Of a stretch of DNA of 64,000 bases, positions 1 to 11,808 are shown in pieces (position 1 is the stretch's first letter; every line of letters starts with the position of its first letter). The notes below the pieces were generated by a model that worked only from the letters and a program-made list of their open reading frames with translations, was not told the DNA's origin and searched no databases. A program made the position numbers and the translations under genes. This stretch comes from Torpedo marmorata (Eukaryota): positions 122,636,001 through 122,700,000 of the forward strand of contig OZ360227.1 in assembly GCA_977017645.1 (NCBI GenBank), written 5' to 3'.

Positions 1-308
1 ATTTCCCGCTCATCTGCCCCGGCCCCCTCTGCCCCCAGATGCAATAAACATAGAATCACCCTCATCCTCACCTACCACCCCACCAGCCTCCGCATCCAAC
101 ACATTATCCGCCGGAATTTCCGGCACTTCCTACAGGATCTCACCACCAGACTCATTTTTCATTCTCCTCCCCTCTCGGCCTTCCGCAGGGACCGCTCCCT
201 CCACGATTCCCTCGTGCACTCATCCCTCCCCACCCATCGCACACCCGGCACATCTGCGCCCACACCTCCCCCCTCACCACAGTCCGGGGCCCCAAACAGG
301 CCTTTTAA

Positions 309-632
309 GTGAAACTACACTTCACTTGTACATCCAGAGAACTTATTTACTGCATCCGGTGCTCCCTTTGTGGCTTTCTCTACATCGGAGAGACCGGTCA
401 TAGATTGGGAGATCGCTTTGCTGAGCACCTCCTCTCCGTCCGCAACAACAGCGACCTCCCAGTAGCCAGCCATTTCAATTCCGAGTCACACTCCCACACT
501 CACATGTCTGTCCATGGCCTTATGTACTATCCCACCCAAACTACCCGCAAATTGGAGGAACAACATCTCATTTTCTGTCTGGGCACTCTCCAGCCAGGTG
601 GCATTAACATTGACTTTTCTGCTTTCCACTAA
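309..632 (+). pseudogene. Penelope GIY-YIG endonuclease remnant
   Basis: IY-CxxC-YIGET motif; no RT ORF in window. Confidence 0.85.
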
Positions 633-811
633 ACCTGCTTGTCTTTTCCTTCCCCTCCCCCCTCCTTCCTGTTTTTTTCCACCCACCCAGCCACCCCTCC
701 TCCCCCTCTTTGCTGCTGTCCCCTCCCTCCTTTCTCCACTTATCATCTCCTGCCTTTGCCACCCCCCCCTTCCCCCCTCACTCTTTTGTTCGGATTCCTG
801 CCGGCATTTTC

Positions 812-850
812 TCATACTTTGATGAAGGGCTCAAGCCCGAAACGTCGGTT
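812..850 (+). ncRNA. Minimal hammerhead-ribozyme-like motif (degenerate core)
   Basis: TTGATGA-A-GGGC-TCAA-GCCC-GAAAC-GTC: core boxes with a 4-bp stem II; C3 is replaced by T. Confidence 0.6.
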
Positions 851-959
851 ATGTATTTCTACCTTTGCTACATAAAAGACACTGTTTGACCTGCTGAGTT
901 TCACCAGCATTTGTGTTTTTTTACTTCATCCATGGTGTCTACAGATTTTCGTGTTTTAA

Positions 960-1490
960 TTCCAAGGTCTTATATAGCTGCAACATTACTTCATGGCTCT
1001 TGAACTCAATCCCATGCTTAATGAAGGCCAACAGACCATACGTCTTCTTAACAACACTGTCAACCTGTGCAGAACCTTTTAGTGTCCTGTGGACACAGAC
1101 CTCAAGATCTCTCAGCTCATTCACACTACTCAGACTCCTCCCATTAACATTGTATTCTGCCTTGAAATTTGACCTACCGAAATGAACCACCACAATTTTC
1201 CAGCTTAAACTCCATCTGCCACTTCTCAGCCCAGCTCTGCATCTTATCAATGTCCCTCTGTCACTTTTGAAAACCCTCCATACTATCCACAATACCACCA
1301 ACTTTCGTGTCATCTGCAAACTTGCAAACGCACCCTTCCACTTCCTGATCCAAATTATTTATAAAAATCACAAAGTGGTGGGTTCCCATCCCGATCCCTG
1401 CAGAACATCACTGGTCACCAACCTCCATGCAGAATATGAACCATCTACAACCATCCCCTGCCTTCTGTGGGCAAGCCATTTCTGTATCCA
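960..1490 (-). mobile_element. CR1 LINE RT fragment
   Basis: ORF 939-1319 has VVHFGRSN...DLEVCVHRTLK...KSHEVMLQLYKTL, typical of the CR1 ORF2 C-terminal half. Confidence 0.8.
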
Positions 1491-1799
1491 ATATGAAATT
1501 AATATTTCAAAAACAAGAAGAATATTGAATGAAATGGTGGCTAAGGCTGAAATTCATGATAAAATAATCTTTCGAGTGGCATTCTTCTTATGAAAAATTA
1601 TTTGTCATTATTTCCATATTTCATATATAAAGATTGTGAGACAGCTCACTTCCTTATGTTGTTTTGAAATTACCCTCATTAAGAATCCATATATCAGTTT
1701 TTTCCTTCCTTATTTAACTTAGCAAGGAAAAAATCAAATCCTGCCCTCAACTGTCTTTCTTCTAATACCCTGTACTTTTCCCAACTTTTCTGACTTTTA

Positions 1800-1945
1800 A
1801 ATTTTATTCAAATTCAAATATATTGTCAGAGTACATACATGACATCACATACAACCCTGAGATTCTTTTTCCTTCGGGCCGGGCAGAATTTCTACTTATC
1901 GGTAGTGTAAACTGTACTCTAGAAAAAGATATATATATACATGGC
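1800..1945 (-). mobile_element. Rex1/Babar LINE 3' UTR fragment ((TTTGAA)n-tail family)
   Basis: Matches the 3' ends at 22635-22780 and 39060-39210. Confidence 0.7.
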
Positions 1946-3080
1946 AGTGCAGACTGAAACCACCTTCAAATTGGAGGAACAACACCTCATATTCCGTCTG
2001 GGCACCCTCCAACCAGATGGCGTTAACATCAATTTTTCCAGTTTCTGTTAGACCCACCACCGTCTCTCCCCTTCCCCTATCCCAATTTCTCCTTTCCTCC
2101 AGCTCTGTCTCTCTCTCTTCCCTTTTCCTCCAGCTCTTCATTCACAGAGCCACCTCCTCCCCCAATCAACTCTCACCTTTCCTCTCCTGTCCTCCTATCC
2201 ATGTCCAATTATCACCTTTTGTCTGTTGGCCTGTGCTCCTCCCCCTGCCCCTTCTCCCCCAGCCTTTTTATTCAGGCACCTGAAACGTTGGTTATACAGT
2301 AAAACCCCTGGTATCCAGAATTCAAGTAACTGGCAGCCTCAAGCAACCTGCAAAAAAATTGAAGAAAATAAATTTAAAAAAATTTAAATAAATAAGAATA
2401 AAATAAGGGGTAAAAATATGTAAGTTTAAATTTGTAAAAGTAAATGTTCTCTGAAATAACACATAAACCTTTGGTGAAGATGGGAGCAAATATTCAGCCA
2501 GCGGAGTGCCTTGGTCGTGCTTTGCTTGTAGCAGCTGTTTGAATAAAGTTGTGTGAAACAGCAATGGCATCGCCCAGGTGAAGAGCCAATTGATGCTGCT
2601 TGCTGTTGGGCAAGACTCTCTTAAAGTCTCTTCTTATCCCTGCTTAGTAAGTGTCGCCCCAGTCAGAGGCTTTATCTGTAAACTTGGGGGAGGGGGGGTT
2701 AATTATCTATAGTGCTATTGTTCATCTTTTGGGCTGCTCCGTGGATGGGAGGAACCTGCAGATGCAGCAATGGTTAAATGTTTTCAAAGAATGTGACTGA
2801 AAATAAAGTAAAATGCTTTAAGGTTTATATATTCATGCAAGTGAAGTTTGTTCAGTGTAAGTACAGTATTGTATTTTTGTCTTTTGTCTTTTGAACTGCT
2901 TATTCTTTAAGCAGGTGTATTAGTTAGGCATTGTGAGAGTAAGTCTCAAGCAACCAGAAAATAAACTTATCCAATCTACAAATCCCCATAGGTGCCGGAT
3001 ACCAGGGGTTTTACTGTTTTTCTTTACCTCCTATGGACGTTGCGACCTGCTGAGTTCCTCCAGCATTTTTGAGTTTTTGC
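1945..3080 (+). mobile_element. Penelope-like 3' fragment interrupted by a Tigger MITE
   Basis: KLEEQHLIFRLGTLQPDGVNI-coding stretch similar to 540-630; tail GAAACGTTGGTTATA resumes after 3016 with GACCTGCTGAGTTCCTCCAGCA. Confidence 0.75.
2297..3016. mobile_element. Tc1/mariner (Tigger-like) MITE
   Basis: 20-bp TIRs CAGTAAAACCCCTGGTATCC / GGATACCAGGGGTTTTACTG; TA on the left, TT on the right; non-coding. Confidence 0.85.
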
Positions 3081-3507
3081 AGTACATGTTATACATGGTA
3101 CACACTTCACGTGTGATGTATGAGAGAAAGAGAGAGTGAATGTTCAGGGAAGTAGATGGGGTATCAATCAAGCAAGCCAGTTTAATGTGGAAGTTAACGT
3201 GTTTTTACAGTTATTGAAGCTGTATTTAACCAAACATGATGGGGTATTCCATCACATTGTTGATTTGTGCCTTGTAGCTGCTGGAAAGACTTTAAGGAGT
3301 ATGGATTGAGACAACTGCATCAGTAAACCCAGGTCTGACATGACCTTATAGTCACAGCATTCATATCAATGGCCCTCATCCACAAACAAGGTTAGTTGGA
3401 GGATGTCGCAATGATAATGTGTTAAATGCCAAAGAAAGATGGCCAAATTTTGTTGTTGGAGATGGTTATTGACTGGCATTTCTATGTCTCAAATGTTTCT
3501 CACACTT

Positions 3508-5141
3508 AATCAGAATCAGAATCAGAATCAGAATCAGAATCAGAATTTATTGTCATGAACAAGTCATGAAATTCGGTGTTTTGCGGCAGCATCATAGTGC
3601 AATTAACATTCATATTAACCATTCTAACGACATTACTATAAAAAATTATAAACAATAGTGCACGAAAAGTAAGGCAGTGTCTTTGTTTCACTGATTATTC
3701 AGGAATCTGATGGCAGCGGGGAAGAAGCTGTCCTTGTGCTGTTGAGTGCTCATCTTTAGGCTCCTGTACCTTTTCCCCGATGGAAGCAGAGTGAAGAGGG
3801 CATGGCCTGGGTGGTGGGGGTCCTTGAGGATAGAGGCTGCTTTTTTAAGACACCGCCTCATGTAGATGTCCTCGATGGAGTGAAGTTTGGTGCCTGTGAT
3901 GTCACAGGCCGAGTTAACAACCTTCTGGAGTTTACTCTTGTCCTGGGAGTTGGCGCCACCATACCAGGCAGTGATGCAACCAGCCAAAATGCTCTCCACG
4001 GTACACCTGTAGAAGTTTACGAGAGTCTTTGGTGACATACCGAATCTCCGCAAACACCTCACAAAGTATAGCCGCTGACGAGCCTTCTTTGTGATTGCAT
4101 CCACATGGATGCTCCAGGACAGATCCTCGGAGATGTTGACACCCAGGAATTTGAGGTTCTTGACCCACTCCACTACTGAGCCCTCGATGAGGACTGGGTT
4201 GTGTTCCCCTGACTTCCTCCGGAAGTCCACAGTCATCTCCTTGGTTTTGCTGACGTTGAGCTCAAGGTTGTTGTCATTACACCATTCAATGAGCTGATCT
4301 ATCTCCCTCCTGTACGCTTCCTCATTGCCGTTTGTGATTCTGCCGACAACTGTGGTGTCATCGGCAAACTTGTATATGGCATTGGAATTGTGCCTGGCCA
4401 CACAGTCATGAGTGTATAACGAGTAGAGCAGTGGACTAAGCACGCATCCTTGGGGTGCGCCTGTGTTGATAATCAGTGAGGAGGAGACGTTGTTTCCAAT
4501 TCGTACTGACTGTGGTCTTCCAATGAGAAAATCAGGGATCCAGAGGGGGGTACAGAGGCCCAGAGTTTATAGCTTCTTAACCAGCACTGAGGGAATAATG
4601 GTATTGAAGGCCGAGCTGTAGTCGATGAAGAGCAACCGTATGTATGAATTGCTGTTTTCGAGGTGATCCAGAGCTGAGTGGAGAGCCAGCGATATTGCAT
4701 CTGCTGTGGAGCAGTTGTGGCGATAGGCGAATTGCAGTGGGTCCAGATCTTTGCTTAGGTATGTGTTAATTCTGGCCATGACCAGCCTCTCAAAGCATTT
4801 CATCACAGTAGGTTAGTGCTACTGGGCAGTAGTCGTTGAGGCAGCTCACACTACTCTTCTTGGGTACCGGGATGATTGATGCCCTTTTGAAGCAGGTGGG
4901 AACCTCTGACTGCCGCAATGAGAGGTTGAAAATGTCCGTGAACACTCCGGCTAGTTGGTTGGCGCAGATTTTCAATACCCTGCCAGGTACGCCGTCAGGG
5001 CCTGACGCCTTGCGAGGGTTCACCCTCTTGAATGATGTTCTGACGTCGCCCTCAGAGACAGATATCACAGGGTCCTCAGCCTTTTCAGGGATTCTATTAG
5101 GCACTGTTTTGTTCTTCTTCTTAAAGCGGGCATAGAAGGTG
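3508..5141 (-). mobile_element. Rex1/Babar LINE, 5'-truncated, (TTCTGA)n tail
   Basis: ORFs 4790-5104, 4567-4806, 3688-4443 give [41 protein letters not shown]; AATAAA plus (TTCTGA)n tail at 3508-3550. Confidence 0.9.
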
Positions 5142-5188
5142 GCCCTTGGTTGAATTTTATATATTTACTGCATATTGGAATGGGCTAC

Positions 5189-6348
5189 TGTTATGAACTA
5201 ATAAACCCTGCTAGTACTAACAAAGGAACAGCAATGGAATATGCACCAGACAATGGTAAATTCAAAAATAGTTTTTATTTAAATGATTAATAACATAACA
5301 TATCTTACTTATCTCTCAACTTAACTCTAACTTAAACCCCACTATGCGCAAATGTAAATGTGTGTGTTCAAGACCAAACTATTTCAATTTAAACTTAAAT
5401 CTGAAAAAGTCAATTTTTAAAGTCCAGTTTCCAACTTCTTTTGTTGAACTTCAGGATCCCTTTAAATTGTGATTCAGAAGTTATTATAAAGCAAGAATGG
5501 AGTATTCGATTTCTTTCAAACTCACACGTCTGTTGATGAGTGGTCTTTCAGAGATAGTCTTCATACGAGTGTGTTCACAAGTTTCCCCCTATCTTGTTAG
5601 GGTTACGGAACTGTGATCTTCACGATGATTTATTCCTTAATCAGGAGTAACATACGGTGATGTCCTCTTTTCTTAGAAACAATTTGAAAGTGGTCTTACT
5701 TATTTTAAAAGCCACTTATATGGTGTATCTCCTATGATAAGGATAATACACAGAAACAGCACCTCCACTCATTCAGAGATCACTTCTCATAAAATGATTC
5801 TGCCTTTCCAGAATATCAAGGTTCTTCAGACTTTAAATCTTTGTCTTTCCAAAATGTCAGAGTTTCTTCAGTCTGGTGCAGTCTGTTTCTTTCCAAAATG
5901 TCCCTCTCCTTTCATTATATATTTCTCACATCACAGTTTTAGTTTCATTTTCAGAAGCATTACCTCATGCCTTTCTTCAGAATCACTTACATCCAAAAAA
6001 ACATCTGACCTCACCTCTGTTTCAAGATTATAAGTGATTACAACTCCGAACAGTCTGGCATATGTCACTCAAATGGCAATTGAGTTTGCAACAGCTGCTA
6101 TCATAAGGCTTTCAAAAACCACACATTGTCCTTAAATCACTTAAATGCACTTCTGTTTCATTATTGGCAGTTGTCTTCTTAGACGTGGCGACTCCAAACT
6201 GAACTCTCTCTCTGAGTAATGGGTTTTTCCTGCAAATGTGCTGTGACCTGTGTGTCACCCTGTACCAGCCCACAACTAACCTTACTAAGATATATAATTC
6301 TATAACTTAACTTTAAATATTAATATTAACATTAACACATCCGTTACA
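5189..6348 (-). repeat. Probable 3' LTR of element B
   Basis: TGTTATG at 5189 and GTTACA at 6348; PPT-like sequence adjacent on the minus strand, similar to that of element A; no second copy to confirm. Confidence 0.7.
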
Positions 6349-6474
6349 CCTCGATTCCACAGAGAAATTTTGAACTTCGAAAAGGTCAAAATTTTAAATT
6401 ACAATCTACCATTTATTTAATAGATTTCTTACACAACATGATACAAACAAATATTGCAGAAATAACACGTAAAT

Positions 6475-9400
6475 TCAACATCTGGACAGGCAATCATCAA
6501 TAACATTGTCTCTGCCCCTAACATGAGTTATTACTAAGTCATATTCCTGTAAAATTAAACTCCAGTTCAATAACTGTCTATTTTTAAGTTTCATTTTACT
6601 CAAAAACACCAATGGTTATAGTCGGTGTAAACCACAATTGATCCCATAGCATTGCAAATATAAACCTCAAAGGGTTGCAAAGCCCATACAAGAGACAATA
6701 ATTCCTTTTCAATAGTAGAATAATTCTTTTGGTGTTGATTGAATTTTTTAGATATATAAGCCACTGGATGTTCAATACCATCATTTTCACTCTTCTGCAA
6801 TAAAACTGCTCCTGTCGCGTCATCACTAGCATCTACTGCTAAAGAGAATGGCTTTCCAAAGTCAGGTGACCTAAGCACAGACCTGTGACATAAAATGGCT
6901 TTTAGTTTGTCAAAAGCTTTCTGACAAATTGTTGTCCAAATAAACTTTTCACCCTTTTTCAAAAGGTTAGTCAGAGGAATGGCAATATCTGCAAAATTTT
7001 TACAGAACTTTCTGTAGTACCCAACCATTCCTAAAATTCTCCTCACAGCTTTCTTACCCATGGGCACAGGATATTCAATAAATGTCTGAACTTTAGCTTG
7101 AACAGGCGCCACTTTTCCTTGGCCAACAACATAACCAAGATAAGTCACCTTAGCATGACAAAATTCACTTTTAGCTAAATTAACAGTAAATTGGCTTTCA
7201 AAAGTTTATCAAACAATTTCTCTAACGCAGAGATGTGTTCTTCCCATGTATCATTCCCTGTAACCAAGTCATCAATATAAGCATCTGTATGTTTTAAATC
7301 TTGAGTCACAGAACTAATCATCCTTTGAAATGTTCCTGGAGCATTCTTCATTCCAAATGGTAAAACATTGTACTCATATAAACCTGATGGGGTTACAAAA
7401 GCTGAAATTTCCCTTCCTCTTTCTGTTAAGGGAACACACCAGTAACCTTTTAATAAATCTATCTTTGTAATAAAGGTAGCTTTTCCAATCTTATCCACAC
7501 AATCATCCACCCTAGGGATAGGATAAGCATTAACTTTTCTATAATCAGTGCAAAATCTAACTGTCCCATCTGATTTAGGTACCAGTACACAAGGTGAACT
7601 CCAATCTGAAGTAGAACGTCTAATAATATCATTCTTTAACATGTACTCAATCTCTTGATCTACCTGTTTACGTTTTTCAATATTCATTCTGTATGGATGC
7701 TGTTTGATAGGATTTGCATCTCCAACATCAACATCATGGCATGCTCTCTGTGGCACATCCAGAAATAAATTTCTGAATTTTAAAATCAACTGTCTTATTT
7801 GTTCCTTTTCCTGAGGTTTCAAATGAGCCAACTTCTCATCCAAATTTTCCAATATATTTGAATTAGGCAAACGAACTGGAACAATATTCTCCTTAACATA
7901 ACTCTCACAAGAATCAGCTTGTATGGTTTCATGATCCATAACCTCAGTTTTCTCCACAACCAATACCTCTGGTGAAGGCTGCTTCTGCCTAACATCCATA
8001 TCCTCAAAATAAGGTTTTGACTCTGTGTTTTACGTCTCCTATCAGGAGTTTTAACCACATAATTAACTTCATTTACCTTAGATTCTATTTCATAAGGTCC
8101 TGAAAATTTTGCTCTTAAGAGGATTAGAAATTGTTGGAAAAAGAATTAACACCTTGTCCCCTGGTTTAAAATTTCTTTCTCTTGCTTTTCTGTCATACCA
8201 AACCTTCATATCATCTTGAGCCATTTTTAAATTCTCCTTAGCTATCTGACAGACCTTCTGTAAACGATCTTTGAACTTTGAAACATAATCTAACATATTT
8301 ATCTATACATCCTCATTAACCCACTGTTCTTTCAACAACATTAAAGGTCCCCTAACCTCACGTCCAAATACCAATTCAAAAAGACTAAAGTCTAACAATT
8401 CTTGTATTGTTTCCCTTACTGCAAACAAAAGTAAATGAACACCTTCATCCCAGTCCTTCTCATTCTCAAAACAATAAGTCCTCATCATAGTTTTTAAAGT
8501 CGAATGGAATCTCTCCAAAGCTCCTTGAGATTCTGGGTGATATGCAGATGATTTAATTTGCTTAGCTCCCAATTTATAAACTAACTGCTGAAATACCCCT
8601 GACATAAAATTACTTCCCTGATCTGATTATATCTCTTTAGGCAAACCAAATGAAGTGAAAAATTTCACCAAAGCCCCAGACACAGTTTTTGCTTTAATAT
8701 TCCTAAGTGGTATTGCTTCAGGAAACCTGGAAGCTACACACATAATGGTCAATAAATATTCATTTCCAGCTGTTGTTTTGGGCAATGGACCAACACAATC
8801 CACAATAACTTTCGGAAAAGGTTCCCCAAAAACTGGAATAGGTTTTAAAGGTGCCACCGTGGGACTTTGATTAGGCTTCCCCACAAGCTGACAAGTGTGA
8901 CAGGTCCTACAAAATCTCTTAACATCTTTTCTTAAATTAGGCCAATAAAATTGTTTCATAATTTTATAGGTAGTTTTCTTTACCCCAAGATGTCCACCTA
9001 AAGGTGTGCTATGAGCCATGTTCAAAATCTCATCTCTATAATCTTTAGGAACCACAACCTGGTGAACAACTGCCCATTCTTCATTAGCAGGAATCTCAAG
9101 TGACTTCCATTTTCTCATCAATAGACCATCTTTGAAATAGTAACCAACTGGCACTGTTTTAATTTCTTCACATCAGCAAGATCAATATCTTCATTTGGTT
9201 TCTCTATTAATTTTTCCCTGGAAAGTGACAAATCTTTTTCCATCTGCTGTTCACTATCACAGACTTCAAGATTCAAGATTCAAGATTCAATTTATTGTCA
9301 CAGCAATCAGACAGTGTCATATACCACAAAATTTATTTTTGCCTGCTGCAAGGCAGATTCGCCATCGGCAGAAATTTCCTAAGCGCCTCTAACATTCCTT

Positions 9401-10627
9401 ACAGTCAGAGAAAGAGAAGCAAAAGAGAGTCCCCCCAGAGTCACCGAGTGTCCGTAGATTCGCCTCCAGCGCTTCCGCAGCCACACAGAGTCCAGTCCAA
9501 ACGATCGGCATCCCGAGCTCCAGATCCGAACCTCCAACACGGTCAGGTCGCCCTCGGCACCCCCTCACATCCCGGTTCTGATACCTGGTACTCCTCCAGC
9601 CAGTTCGAGCCAGTCTCCAGCAGTCCGCAGCCCGTCGTGAGTTCCCCGACAGCAGTCTCCAGCAGCCCACAGCCTCCGCGGGTTCCTCGCCTCGAGTCGC
9701 CAGCAGCCCGCCGCATGCACTGGTCCTTCAGCCTCAGAGCCCCTCACCGGTCCGCCGCTGTGCTCACCGTCCCGTGGGTCGTCTCCTCCGCTTCTCCTTC
9801 TCAGACGGGGGTGATCTTCCTGTCCACTGATGCCCTGCTCCAGTCCCCCGCATCCCCGGAGTCTGCAGCCCCTCGTGGCTGCTGCCGATTATTAGGCGCT
9901 GCCATCTTGGGCGCAGACCCCGTGGTTGCGGGATGTCAAATAAAACCACCGTCGGCTCATTTAACTGGCCGTTCAAAGCCCGTGCGGAACCGACGGCAGT
10001 CAACTGGGCGGCTGGACCCCACGGGAGCGCTGTATCTCCGCTCCCACGCTCCTCGCGGGTCCGCACCAGCGGCAGTGCTGCCGCTACAGCGGCTCCGGCA
10101 GCGCCGCCATCTTCTAACCCCTTTAAATCATTTTGTACATTAATGCCTTCACTGGCAAGCCTTCTTGCCATCGCCCTCGTCACTGCACACGCTGGATATA
10201 TATCTAAATCTGTCTCTGTTTCATCAATGACTGGCTTATCTGTTAATTTCACTGCCAGGATAACTTTACCCTCTGCCAAATCATTTTCTAATAATAACGA
10301 AATTCCATCCACTGGTAAACTGGATCTAATCCCTATTTTAACAGGTCCATTAACTAATTCTGATTTCAACATTATCTTGTGCAAAGGTATCAATTCCAAA
10401 TCACATCCAAAACCTTTAATCAAATTTATTTCACCTGTGGCAGTCTTATCATTAAACTCCAAAACACTGGCCAACACAAGTGACTGAGATGCTCCAGTAT
10501 CTCTGAGTATTTTTACTGTTACCTGTGGTGATCCTTCCTCCAAATGAAACTTTACCCTCTGATACAAAATATTCAAATTCCTTCCTAATCTTACCAGCAG
10601 CTCCTCTTTTACTACCAGGTATTTCAT
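6475..10627 (-). pseudogene. pol: Gmr1-like pol (PR-IN-RT-RH) with stops and frameshifts
   Basis: ORFs 9764-10627, 8627-9154, 8303-8605, 8090-8296, 7175-7999, 6600-7148; ends ...DCLSRC*. Confidence 0.88.
9265..10113 (-). mobile_element. GC-rich non-autonomous retroelement, copy 1, inserted in element B pol
   Basis: Reverse complement of 26752-27615; head AAGATGGCGGCG; tail AATAAA plus (TTGAATC)n. Confidence 0.85.
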
Positions 10628-11318
10628 CTCTTTTAATACAAGCCTCTGGTACGGTTTCCTGTTCTCTCTTTCTCTTCAAGGAAAAACAGTTCGCTACCAC
10701 ATGATCAGGTTTCTTACAATAATTACAAAATGGACCAGAAAGTTTCTCCTTTTTTTCCTTCTGTACCTCTAGCACTATTTCCCCATTTACTCTCTACCTT
10801 CTTTAAAAGGTTTACCTTCTGAAAAAGGTCGATTGGGTACAAATCTCACTTTGTGAGTTAAGGCATATTCATCGGCTAATTTAGCAGCCTCCTGCCAAGT
10901 TGTCACTCCCTTTTCATCTAAATATATTTTGATATCATTAGGAACACACCTTTTAATTTCCTCAACCAACATCAACTCTTTCAGTCTCTTATAATCCCCA
11001 TTTATTTCTTTTGATGTGCACCATTGGTCAAAGCACACAACTTTATTATAGGCAAACTCCATATAAGACTGGTTCCCAGCTTTCTTAAAATTCCTGAATT
11101 TTTGTCTATATGCCTCTGGAACCAATTCATAATAAGCACAGCTTCCTTTACTGTATCATAATCAGCGGCTTCTTGAATTGTAAGGGCGGTGTTAGCCTGC
11201 TGAGCCTTCCCTTTTATTGCACTCTGTAACATGAGGGACCAATGGTTTCTTGGTCACTTCAAACTCTCAGCCACTTTCTCAAAGTGTTGAAAATATTTAT
11301 CAATATCATCATCATTCC

Positions 11319-11808
11319 AGACAAGGATGCCCTTTGTCGCCAACATTGTTTATTTTAGCAATAGAACCTTTAGCAGAATTAATTAGACAGGATATTAAGA
11401 TTGTAGGTATTAAAGTTGGAAATGAAGAGCATAAAATTAGTTTATTTGCAGATGATGTATTGATTTATATGACAAAACCTATTACTTCTTTAATACAATT
11501 GAATATTTTACTGAGAGAATATGGGGAAATATCTGGTTACAAGATTAATTCTGATAAAAGTGAAATTATGGCATTGACACTAATCTATATCTAACGTTAA
11601 TAATCTTCGTCATACTTTGTTTACATAGTTCTTTCCAATGTTCTTCATCTATTGTTACATTCAGATCTGATTCCCATTTTAATCTTGATTTATGAATTCC
11701 TAATTTAGGCATTTTTCTCTGTAACAATCTATACACTGGAGAAATACATTTATTTACACCTCCATTAGTAACTAATAATTCCAGTTCACTTTGTCTTGGT
11801 AAAGTCTC
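11319..11808. mobile_element. L1 ORF2 fragments in opposite orientation (11319-11578 +, 11579-11808 -)
   Basis: RQGCPLSP...FADD on plus; LPRQSELELLV...KIINVRYRLV on minus; both match the L1 at 31239-37170. Confidence 0.85.

Larger units (their letters stand above)
1..960 (+). mobile_element. Penelope-like element 3' fragment (GIY-YIG endonuclease, pyrimidine-rich UTR, hammerhead-bearing terminal repeat)
   Basis: ORF 309-632 has LIYCIRCSLCGFLYIGET...RFAEH...LEEQHLIFCLGTLQPGGIN, the Penelope GIY-YIG signature, followed by the TGATGAAGGG...GAAACGTC...GACCTGCTGAGTT tail. Confidence 0.85.
5189..11310 (-). mobile_element. Gmr1-like Ty3/gypsy LTR retrotransposon B, degraded, 5' end and 5' LTR missing
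   Basis: Broken ORFs in the order gag (ELVPEAYRQKFR; CNYCKKPDHVVANC), protease (ILRDTGASQS), integrase (HSTPLGGHLG..CHTC, IVDCVGP, ERFHSTL), RT (YIDD), RNase H (VDASD, EKELL). Confidence 0.92.

Noticed and set aside
3688-4443. Repeated ~250-aa ORFs (also 48996-49739, 58366-58929) as a host gene family
   Set aside because: C-terminal part of the Rex1/Babar RT with a LINE 3' tail
9295-10143. 282-aa Ser/Pro-rich ORF
   Set aside because: Antisense frame of a GC-rich repeat; not kept as one ORF in the second copy
9764-10627. 287-aa ORF joining a retroviral-type protease to an unknown basic tail, as a novel fusion gene
   Set aside because: Chance read-through from degraded pol into the inserted GC-rich element; the N-terminus is also frameshifted
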